Part shown: positions 25,901 to 33,142 of the stretch, piece by piece
How positions within the stretch are numbered: position 1 is the stretch's first letter
Layout of the letters: the number at the start of each line of letters is the position of its first letter
DNA from: an uncultured Sphingomonadaceae bacterium
Lineage (GTDB): Bacteria; Pseudomonadota; Alphaproteobacteria; Sphingomonadales; Sphingomonadaceae
Direction of reading: 5' to 3'
DNA length: 33,234 nt
Assembly (NCBI GenBank): GCA_964523215.1
Contig: CAZFYJ010000002.1
Coordinates: 1-33,234 of the forward strand
Program-made: the position numbers and the translations under genes
The notes under the pieces: model-generated
Told to the model about the DNA's origin: nothing
Seen by the model: the letters and a program-made list of their open reading frames with translations, nothing else
Databases searched by the model: none

Positions 25901-27637
25901 ATGCCTGAATATCTCGCGCCCGGCGTGTTTGTTGAAGAAACGAGCTTTCGCGCCAAATCAATCGAAGGGGTGAGCACCAGCACGGCCGCCTTTGTTGGCA
26001 TGACGGCGCGGGGGCCGACCACCGGCGGGGTGGGCGATCCGCTGCCGCCGCTGCTTACATCCTATGCTGATTATGAGCGCTATTATGGCGGGCTGGACGA
26101 TCTGCGCCTGCAAAGCGGGCCGAAGCCGAATTTCATGGCGCAGGCAGCAAATGCGTTTTTCGCCAATGGTGGCGGGCGGCTCTATGTCGCGCGGGTGCTG
26201 GGGGCAGGTGCATCTGCAGCCGGTGCCGAGATTGCCGGGCCGAGTGCGGCAAAGAAGATTGTGCTCAGTGCGCGCAAGCCTGGCGGATCGCAGATCCCGG
26301 GCAGCAGTGGCACCAATTTCCGCGTCATTTTCACATTGGTTGATCTCGTCACCACGAAAAAGCTCGCGCGCAAGCAGCAACCCGGCACGCTGGTGCGTTC
26401 TGGTGCGAACAATGCGACGCTCGATTTCGTTGGCGTCGATACCATAGCGGACAATGACGATCCGTGCATCATCCAGACCGTGACGGCCGAAGTCTATGAT
26501 GCAACCGGCCTTGTGTATGAGGCATCGGGCTTGAGCGTCCACCCGAGTTCGCCGCGCTATATTGCCACCATCATGGGGGCCAAGCCGCCGCAAACCCGCG
26601 ATGCGCTCACCAATCCGGTGATGCTGGACATCGCCGGCAACATGACGCCGGCCGAGGTGATCGCCGCCTTGGCACCGACAGCCAGCGAAAAGAGCCGCAT
26701 TGCCAACCTCACTGGCGGCTCTGATGGCACGGGCGCACCGCCGGCCAAAAAGGCCAATGCCGCTGCGCCCCCCGGCTATGAGGATGCGCTGGCGCAGCTG
26801 CTGGCAATGGAGGACATCTCGATCGTGGCGGCGCCCGGCCTCTCCGATTTCGGAGACAGCGTGGCCGCTGCCGTCAATCAGGCGCTGATCGGCCATGCCG
26901 AGGCCCGCCGGGCCTATCGCATTGCCGTGCTCGATACGCCACAGGCCAAGGAATTGCAGGATGTGCAGGCGATCAAGGGCAAGATCGACAGCAAGCATGC
27001 CGCGCTTTATTATCCCTGGATCAGAGTGAGCAATCCGCTTGCTGCGACCGATCCGCTGCAGCCTGCGGAGATTGATCTGCCCCCGTCCGGCCATGTGTGC
27101 GGCATCTATGCCCGCACCGATGTGCAGCGCGGGGTGTGGAAAGCGCCAGCCAACGAAACCGTCACCGGGGCGCTCGGCCTCCAGCGCGCAATATCCTATG
27201 GCGAGCAGGAACTGCTGAATCCGCTGGGCATCAACTGCATCCGCGCGCTGCCCAATCGTGGCATCCGGGTGTGGGGTGCGCGCACCATCAGCTCTGATCC
27301 CGAATGGAAATATGTGAACATCCGTCGCTATTTCCTTTACCTCGAAAGCTCGATCGATCGCGGCACCCAATGGGCCGTGTTCGAGCCCAATGGCGAGGCG
27401 CTGTGGGCCAATGTGCGCACCACCATCAGCGATTTTCTTTACAATGAATGGGTGAACGGCGCGCTGCTGGGGGCCAGCCCCAAAGAGGCATTCTTCGTCC
27501 GCTGTGATCGCAGCACGATGACCCAGAATGATCTCGATAATGGCCGCCTCGTCTGCCTGATTGGCGTGGCTGCGATCAAGCCTGCCGAGTTCGTCATTTT
27601 CAGGATCGGCCAGAAAACCGCCGATGCCCGCGGCTAG
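25901..27637 (+). CDS. Contractile tail sheath protein
   Basis: The start was set at ATG 25901, 7 nt after GAAGGAG. MPEYLAPGVFVEETSFRAKSIEGVSTSTAAFVG is the canonical sheath N-terminus. The C-terminal sheath domain is present (YYPWIRV..., INCIRALPNRGIRVWGARTIS, FFVRCDRSTMTQNDLDNGRLV). Confidence 0.92.
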   Translation: MPEYLAPGVFVEETSFRAKSIEGVSTSTAAFVGMTARGPTTGGVGDPLPPLLTSYADYERYYGGLDDLRLQSGPKPNFMAQAANAFFANGGGRLYVARVLGAGASAAGAEIAGPSAAKKIVLSARKPGGSQIPGSSGTNFRVIFTLVDLVTTKKLARKQQPGTLVRSGANNATLDFVGVDTIADNDDPCIIQTVTAEVYDATGLVYEASGLSVHPSSPRYIATIMGAKPPQTRDALTNPVMLDIAGNMTPAEVIAALAPTASEKSRIANLTGGSDGTGAPPAKKANAAAPPGYEDALAQLLAMEDISIVAAPGLSDFGDSVAAAVNQALIGHAEARRAYRIAVLDTPQAKELQDVQAIKGKIDSKHAALYYPWIRVSNPLAATDPLQPAEIDLPPSGHVCGIYARTDVQRGVWKAPANETVTGALGLQRAISYGEQELLNPLGINCIRALPNRGIRVWGARTISSDPEWKYVNIRRYFLYLESSIDRGTQWAVFEPNGEALWANVRTTISDFLYNEWVNGALLGASPKEAFFVRCDRSTMTQNDLDNGRLVCLIGVAAIKPAEFVIFRIGQKTADARG

Positions 27638-27666
27638 GCCTTTGCAGCATTTGAGGAGACAGCATC

Positions 27667-28122
27667 ATGCCCACACGCGATACGCCCTTTGGCGCCTATA
27701 ATTTCCTGGTTGAATTTGATGGCAATGAATCATCCAGCTCTGCCCTGGGCGGCTTTTCCGATGTTTCCGGCCTCGGCACGGAAATCACGCTCATGGAATA
27801 TCGCCAGGGCAACGACAAGGAAAACCGCGTCCGCAAAATCCCCGCGCTGCACAAGTCCGGCGATGTCACCCTGAAACGCGGGATCATGGGCCTTGCCAAT
27901 TTCTGGCAATGGGTGAACATCACTCGCGTTGATCCCACGCACAAGCGCAATGTTTCGATCGCGCTGCAGGATGAGGTGGGCAACATCATCCTCAAATGGA
28001 AGCTGGTGAATGCCCGCCCGATGAAATGGACCGGGCCGACTCTCGCTGCCAAGGGCGGCAGCGATGTCGCCATGGAAGAGCTGGTGCTCGCATCCGAAGG
28101 CATCGAGCTCGAAGATGCCTGA
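27667..28122 (+). CDS. Tail tube protein (T4 gp19 / 'conserved phage tail region protein' family)
   Basis: 151 aa behind a GAGGAG Shine-Dalgarno sequence. It contains FGAYNFLVEFDG...LGGFSDVSGLGTEITLMEYRQGN...GDVTLKRGI...FWQW and MEELVLASEGIEL. Confidence 0.9.
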   Translation: MPTRDTPFGAYNFLVEFDGNESSSSALGGFSDVSGLGTEITLMEYRQGNDKENRVRKIPALHKSGDVTLKRGIMGLANFWQWVNITRVDPTHKRNVSIALQDEVGNIILKWKLVNARPMKWTGPTLAAKGGSDVAMEELVLASEGIELEDA

Positions 28123-28166
28123 TCCGCAGCACCTGATGGCACAAATGATGATGGATTGAGAGGATC

Positions 28167-29882
28167 ATGCCGCGCCCCGGCCTCTTCTTTTCACAGGCTT
28201 CGCCCCCGCTGCCCCGGCTTTCCACCCGGGCAGATGTGGCGCTGTTTGTCGGCCTGATCGCGCGCACGCAAGCAGCACCGTCTGACGCACAGATGGATGC
28301 GCTGGAGGCGGGGGGGTGGATTGCCCCGCTTGCGGTGCCGGGCCCGAGGCCGACGACGCGTGCTGCCATCGATGCAGCCACGGCCGCGCAAAAGGCGGAT
28401 CGGCTGGCGGCCGCCATGCCGCTGCTCGGCCTGCCCGTGGCGGTGGAAAGCTTTGAGAGTTTTGCGACGCTCTATGATTGGCAATGCCGCCCGGTCGAGG
28501 TCGGTGCCACCATCCGCATCGGCTGCCCGCTGGGGCTTGCGGTGCATGCCTTTTTTGCCGAAGGCGGCCGGCGCGCCTATATTGTTCGCACCGGCGATCC
28601 GCTGCCGCTGGCGGATAGCCGGGTGGATGCCGATCAGGCGGCCTTTGCGGCGGCAAAGCTGGCGCTGCTCGATTGGCCGGCGGCAAAGCCACCCGCCGAT
28701 GCCGCGGATCGCCATCCGCTCATTCCCGGCCTCGTCAATTTTGCGGCCCGGCCCGATCCGGGCAATCGAAGCAGCTGGCGCGGCGCGGCGGCGATCTTCG
28801 GGCTGGATGATGTGGCCTTGCTCGCCCTGCCTGATCTGGTTGATCTCTGTGCTGGCAGCCCATTGCCCGCAGCGTCCGTGCCGCCCCCGCCAGCCAGCGC
28901 CGAACAGTTCAAGCCCTGTGCCGCCATCGTGCCCGATGCGGCACCTGCCCTGCGTCCGGCGCTGCCGCAATGGCAGGCGCCACGCCTCGACCAGACGGGC
29001 TATGCGCGCTGGGCCGGGGCCGTGCGCGCTGTGCTCGATCTCCTGGCGCGTCCTGCCGGGCCGGCGCATCGGCGCGATGTCATGCTGATCGGTGCGGCAC
29101 CGCTGCCGCGCATTGACGCCGGATTTGATCATGGCGAGGAGCGCAATCCGCTTGCCGTGCTGGCGCAAAGCGGGGCAGTGATTGCCGATCAGAGCCTGCT
29201 CTCCGCGGCGCATATTGGCAGCGCGCGGCTGCAGCTCGGCTATCCCTGGATTGCAACCGCAATTTCGGGCGAGCAGCCCGAAGGGCTGGCCGGGCCGGAG
29301 GGCGCACTGGCCGGCATTCTTGCGCGCACAGCGCTTGAAAGCGGGGCATTCCGCAGCGCGGCCGACCGGCCAAGCTATGCCGCGAACGGCCTTTGGCCCC
29401 GGCTGGGCAGCGCAGATCTCGATCGCGCCGCGGGGGACAGCGCGGGCTGGCTGGGCAGCCGCCTGTGCCTGTTTGGCGAACGGGCCGGCGTGCTGCGCCT
29501 GTTGAGCGATGCAACCACGGCCGAAAGCCGCAGCTGGCAGCCTGGCGGCGTTTCGCGCCTGATGGGCATCATCCTGCGCGCGGGGCGCCATCTGGGCTCA
29601 GATCTCATCTTCGAGCCATCAGGGCCGCTCACCTGGGTGGCGTTGCGCGGCCGCATCGAACAGCTGATGGAGCAGCTGCGCGCGCTGGGGGCCTTTTCGG
29701 GCGCCAGCGCCGAGGAATGCTATGCCGTGCGCTGCGATGCAGGCACGATGAGCCGGGCCGATCTGGATGCCGGGCGGCTGATTGCCCAGATAGGCTTTGC
29801 GCCTGCCTATCCGGTGGAGCGGATCACTGTGCTGCTCGATCTGACGGGCGGCAATGCAGCACCGGTGCGGGAGGCGGCCTGA
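28167..29882 (+). CDS. Divergent second sheath-like protein
   Basis: 571 aa. The N-terminus PGLFFSQASPP...ADVALFVGLIART mimics the sheath N-terminus. The C-terminus ECYAVRCDAGTMSRADLDAGRLIAQIGFAPAYPVERITVLL is clearly paralogous to the FFVRCDRSTMTQNDLDNGRLVCLIGVAAIKPAEFVIFRI segment of the first sheath. Confidence 0.75.
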   Translation: MPRPGLFFSQASPPLPRLSTRADVALFVGLIARTQAAPSDAQMDALEAGGWIAPLAVPGPRPTTRAAIDAATAAQKADRLAAAMPLLGLPVAVESFESFATLYDWQCRPVEVGATIRIGCPLGLAVHAFFAEGGRRAYIVRTGDPLPLADSRVDADQAAFAAAKLALLDWPAAKPPADAADRHPLIPGLVNFAARPDPGNRSSWRGAAAIFGLDDVALLALPDLVDLCAGSPLPAASVPPPPASAEQFKPCAAIVPDAAPALRPALPQWQAPRLDQTGYARWAGAVRAVLDLLARPAGPAHRRDVMLIGAAPLPRIDAGFDHGEERNPLAVLAQSGAVIADQSLLSAAHIGSARLQLGYPWIATAISGEQPEGLAGPEGALAGILARTALESGAFRSAADRPSYAANGLWPRLGSADLDRAAGDSAGWLGSRLCLFGERAGVLRLLSDATTAESRSWQPGGVSRLMGIILRAGRHLGSDLIFEPSGPLTWVALRGRIEQLMEQLRALGAFSGASAEECYAVRCDAGTMSRADLDAGRLIAQIGFAPAYPVERITVLLDLTGGNAAPVREAA

Positions 29883-30463
29883 TGGTCTTCGCCCCGCCCC
29901 GTGGCCAGGATGCCCGCACGCCTTATGGCAATTTCGGCTTTCACGTCTCTTTTGTGGGGCCCGATCTGCAAGCGCTGTTCGGCGGGTTGCACAGCACATC
30001 GACCTCGCTGCTCGGCGGCTTTTCCGAAGTCTCCGGGCTTGAGGCATCGATGGAGCACAAGATGATCAAGGAAGGCGGGCGCAATTATGGCGTGGTGATG
30101 CGCGCGGGCCCGACCGGATTTGGCACGGTCGTGCTGAAGCGCGGCATCGTCAGCTCGCGCCATTTGTGGCGCTGGTGGTCCCGTTTCGCCGGGGCGGATG
30201 GCGCCAATGATGCATTGCCCAACAGCGCGCATCGCTGCGATGTGCTGATTGGCCTTATCCAGCCGGTGGCGTCGCTCGGCCTGCAAAAGCTGGCAGAGCG
30301 CGATCGCGCAGAAACGGCGCATGTGGCCCGGGTTGCCTGGAAATTGCGCAATGCCATGCCAGTCCGGTTCAAGATCGGCGATCTCAACGCAAAGGGAAGC
30401 GATGTGGCCATGGAAGAGCTGCATCTGGTGCACGAAGGCCTCGATCTGGAGCCGGTCGCATGA
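29882..30463 (+). CDS. Second tail tube paralogue (gp19 family)
   Basis: The start is the ATG at 29882 inside track ORF 29393..30463 (TGATG overlap). YGNFGFHVSF...LLGGFSEVSGLEASMEHKMIKEGG...GTVVLKRGIVSSRHLWRWW...MEELHLVHEGLDLE parallels the first tube protein. Confidence 0.85.
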   Translation: MVFAPPRGQDARTPYGNFGFHVSFVGPDLQALFGGLHSTSTSLLGGFSEVSGLEASMEHKMIKEGGRNYGVVMRAGPTGFGTVVLKRGIVSSRHLWRWWSRFAGADGANDALPNSAHRCDVLIGLIQPVASLGLQKLAERDRAETAHVARVAWKLRNAMPVRFKIGDLNAKGSDVAMEELHLVHEGLDLEPVA

Positions 30464-31836
30464 CCCGCGTCGCACCCGGCACGCTCACACGCGCGATGCT
30501 GCGCCCCAAGGCCAGCGAGAGCGAGACGACGCGCCGCAGCGACAGCGACAATCTGCTCGTCCAGTTCAATCCGTCGACCTTGCGCGTGTCCTTCACCAAC
30601 CAGTTCGGCGAGGGCAAGCCGTTCGAACATGCCAATGAAACCACTGCCAAGCTCGATGTCGAGCTGATCTTCGATACGACGGACAGCGGCGACAGCGTCT
30701 ATCTTTATCTCAACAAGCTGATCGCGATGACGCGCGCCAATGTGCCGGCGTCCACAGGCAGCGGCAATCAGGCCAATCAGCCCGCGGGCTCGGTGCCGAT
30801 CATCGAGTTTCACTGGCGCACCAAATTGTTCGAAGGGGTGGTCGAATCGCTCACCCAGACGATCGAATATTGGTCGCATGATGGCGTGCCGCTGCGCGCG
30901 ACGGTGCAGCTGTCGCTCAAGGAAACCCGCAAAGTGGACGTGCGCGACAGCTATCGTGCGCGTCGCACAGCCGCCGACATCGCCATCAACGACCGGGCAG
31001 ATGCGCCGGTCGCGGTGCCGCCCCCCATTGGGGCCAAAGGCGCGACCGAAACGGCGACGAAAGGCGGCAACAGCCGCGCCGGACGCAGCATCGCCGCGCT
31101 GAACGGGATGGAGAGCATGCGCAGCGCCGTCGCTGGCGCCAGTGCCAGTGCTGGCGCCGGGGCAGGCGCATTTGCCGGGGCAGGCGCATTTGCCGGGGCG
31201 AGCGCCAGTGCCAGTGCCAGCGCCAGTGCCAGTGCTGGTGCGGCCATTGCGGTCAGCGCCGGGGTCAAGCTGGAGGCTGCCGCAGGATTTGCTGCATCGG
31301 GTGGCGTCAGTGCCAAGGCAGGCGCGGGCGCTTCGCTGGGCTTCGGGGTCGGCGCGGCGGCTGGTGCCAGCGCAGGTGCAGGGCTGGGTGCCAGTGTCGG
31401 CATTGGCATGGCGGCAGGCGCAGGTGGCGGGGCGGGCATCGGGGCAGGCATCGGAGCAGGTGCGGGCATCAGCGCTGGCGCCGGTTTCTCCGCGGGTGCG
31501 TCGGCGGGTGTCGGGATTTCCGCATCAGCGGGTGCGTCTGCGGGCGTCACTGCCGGTGCATCGGCAGGCGCGAAGGCGAGTGCCTCGGCCAGTGCAGGCG
31601 TTTCCGCCTCGGCCGGTGCCTTTGCCGGTATCGGCCCATCGAAGGCGATGGCAGGCGTCACCGGGGTCAACCCGGCAGCGTTGCTGCCGCCCCCGATGCC
31701 GATGCCGATCGGGGCCGGCGCACGTTTTGATGAATCCGGTCGCCTGACAGGCAGCAGCGGCGTGATGGTTGCCGAAAGCTACAGCATCGACAGTGCCGGC
31801 AACGAAAAGCGCAGCTCGCGCGTGGAGATTTTCTGA
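30460..31836 (+). CDS. CIS tube-domain (Afp7/Pvc7 tube-initiator-like) protein with a long Ala/Gly/Ser low-complexity C-terminal region
   Basis: 458 aa. The N-terminal 170 aa or so (LLVQFNPSTLRVSFTNQF...KLDVELIFDTT...PIIEFHWRTKLFEGVVESLTQTIEYWSHDGVPLRATVQLSLKE) fit the CIS_tube pattern that, as I recall, is normally fused to LysM. Residues about 224-394 are (A/G/S)n. A non-repetitive tail of about 60 aa follows. Confidence 0.75.
   Translation: MTRVAPGTLTRAMLRPKASESETTRRSDSDNLLVQFNPSTLRVSFTNQFGEGKPFEHANETTAKLDVELIFDTTDSGDSVYLYLNKLIAMTRANVPASTGSGNQANQPAGSVPIIEFHWRTKLFEGVVESLTQTIEYWSHDGVPLRATVQLSLKETRKVDVRDSYRARRTAADIAINDRADAPVAVPPPIGAKGATETATKGGNSRAGRSIAALNGMESMRSAVAGASASAGAGAGAFAGAGAFAGASASASASASASAGAAIAVSAGVKLEAAAGFAASGGVSAKAGAGASLGFGVGAAAGASAGAGLGASVGIGMAAGAGGGAGIGAGIGAGAGISAGAGFSAGASAGVGISASAGASAGVTAGASAGAKASASASAGVSASAGAFAGIGPSKAMAGVTGVNPAALLPPPMPMPIGAGARFDESGRLTGSSGVMVAESYSIDSAGNEKRSSRVEIF
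31129..31640 (+). repeat. In-frame low-complexity/tandem-repeat DNA encoding the Ala/Gly/Ser tract
   Basis: An exact 18-bp unit gccggggcaggcgcattt occurs at 31156-31173 and 31174-31191, with a partial third copy. Hexamer repeats (AGY GCC) x6 occupy 31201-31236. Degenerate GCN/GGN/AGY codon runs continue to about 31640. The other two forward frames (for example 31142..31747) and the reverse strand (30951..31670) also read open across most of the tract. Confidence 0.85.
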
Positions 31837-31855
31837 TGCGAAAGGATGGCCCAGC

Positions 31856-32038
31856 ATGGCTGTGATCATTGATGAAATCATTGCGGAAGGCCCGCCGCCT
31901 TCGCCTGCCATGCCCGCCGCAGGTGCCGCGCAATCGCCCCCTGCCGATGCCCGCGCGGCAGGGCTCGCCGTGCAGCAGCGGATGATGGACGACATGCACC
32001 GCCTGGCACAGCGCCAGTCGCGCATCTGGGCCGATTGA
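31856..32038 (+). CDS. Small (60 aa) CIS-associated protein, possibly DUF5908-like
   Basis: The start is the ATG at 31856, inside track ORF 31769..32038. The N-terminus MAVIIDEIIAEG resembles the MPIEI+EL-type start of small eCIS ORFs as I recall them. It sits in the 217-nt gap between the tube-initiator-like and hub genes. Confidence 0.45.
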   Translation: MAVIIDEIIAEGPPPSPAMPAAGAAQSPPADARAAGLAVQQRMMDDMHRLAQRQSRIWAD

Positions 32039-32053
32039 GCGACGAGGCAGGAC

Positions 32054-33142
32054 ATGGCGCTGGACGATCCCGTTGCGGTCTATTCCACCCGGCCCACGAT
32101 CGAAGTGGGCGGCATGGATTATCCTGCGCTCAACAGCAACATCGCGGCCATTCGCGTCAGCGAAGCCCTGGGCGGTCTGACGACGGCAGAGCTGAGCGTG
32201 GTCGATTGGGTGGCGCGGGCGGATGGATCGAGCAGCTTTGGCGCAGACAGCGGATCGCCGCTCGTGCTGGGTGCGTCCTTGCGCGTCTTTCTTGGCCCGG
32301 CAGAGGTGCTTGCGTCCGAGGTCTTCGATGGGCAGATCGTGGCCATCGAGGCTGAAATGCGCCGCGATAGCCCGCCCGCTTTCACGGTGATTGCCGAAGA
32401 TCGCCTGTTTGCCGCCCGCCGCATCCGCAAAAGCCGCACCTTTGAAGCGGCGAGCCTTGCCGATCTGGTCAGCGCCATCGCCGCAGACCATGGCCTGACC
32501 CCCGAAGTGCGCGACGGGCTGGATACGCCTTTCAGCGATTGGGCGCAGCAGGATGAGAGCGATCTGGCCTTTCTGCGCCGGGTTCTGGCCCGGTTCGATG
32601 CCGATGCCCAGGTGGTCGGCAATCGCCTGCAGGCCGGACGGATTGGCGTCGATCGGCGCAGCGCGATCACGCTGGCGGCAGGCACCACGCTCGAATCCGT
32701 GCGGATCACGGCGGATATGGCGCACCAGATCAGCAGCACGCGGCTGGACAGTTTTGATCCCATCAGCGGCGATCCAGTGACCGGCGAGGCCGAAGCAACG
32801 GGCAGCGGGCCGGGCCGCGGGCGCAGCGGCAAGGATGTGCTGGCCGCCGATTTTCAGGCGATTGCGCTGCCGCTTGGCCATCATGGGCCGATGACGGCAG
32901 AGGAGGCAACGGCAATGGCCCAGGCCGAGGCGGACCGCCGGGCGCGCAGCTTTGTGACGGCCCGGGGCACCGCGATCGGCAATGCCCAGCTGCGGGTTGG
33001 CAGCTGGATCACGCTGGCGGGCGTCAATCCCGCCTTTGCCAATGATTATGCAGTGAAGCAGGCCGTGCATCGCTATGAGCCGGTGGAGGGCTATCGCACC
33101 GATTTTGTCGCGGAATGTGCCTATCTGGGAGCCGCGGCATGA
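32054..33142 (+). CDS. Phage late control gene D (gpD/gp27-like) baseplate hub protein
   Basis: 362 aa. It contains FDGQIVAIEAEMRRDSPPAFTVIAEDRLF...RKSRTFEAASLADLVSAIAADHGL and QDESDLAFLRRVLARFDADAQVVGNRL, and the C-terminus GNAQLRVGSWITLAGV is typical of the gpD family. Confidence 0.8.
   Translation: MALDDPVAVYSTRPTIEVGGMDYPALNSNIAAIRVSEALGGLTTAELSVVDWVARADGSSSFGADSGSPLVLGASLRVFLGPAEVLASEVFDGQIVAIEAEMRRDSPPAFTVIAEDRLFAARRIRKSRTFEAASLADLVSAIAADHGLTPEVRDGLDTPFSDWAQQDESDLAFLRRVLARFDADAQVVGNRLQAGRIGVDRRSAITLAAGTTLESVRITADMAHQISSTRLDSFDPISGDPVTGEAEATGSGPGRGRSGKDVLAADFQAIALPLGHHGPMTAEEATAMAQAEADRRARSFVTARGTAIGNAQLRVGSWITLAGVNPAFANDYAVKQAVHRYEPVEGYRTDFVAECAYLGAAA

Noticed and set aside
31129-31640. 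Repeat tract as a CRISPR array or non-coding satellite
   Set aside because: The repeat units are 6 and 18 bp with no spacers. The tract keeps the frame of a gene with conserved N- and C-terminal parts, so it is coding low-complexity sequence.
30951-31670. 239-aa Ala/Pro-rich reverse ORF and 201-aa +2 frame ORF (31142..31747)
   Set aside because: These are by-products of the GCN/GGN-rich repeat, which is open in several frames. Only the annotated frame connects to the conserved tube domain and ends just before the next gene.
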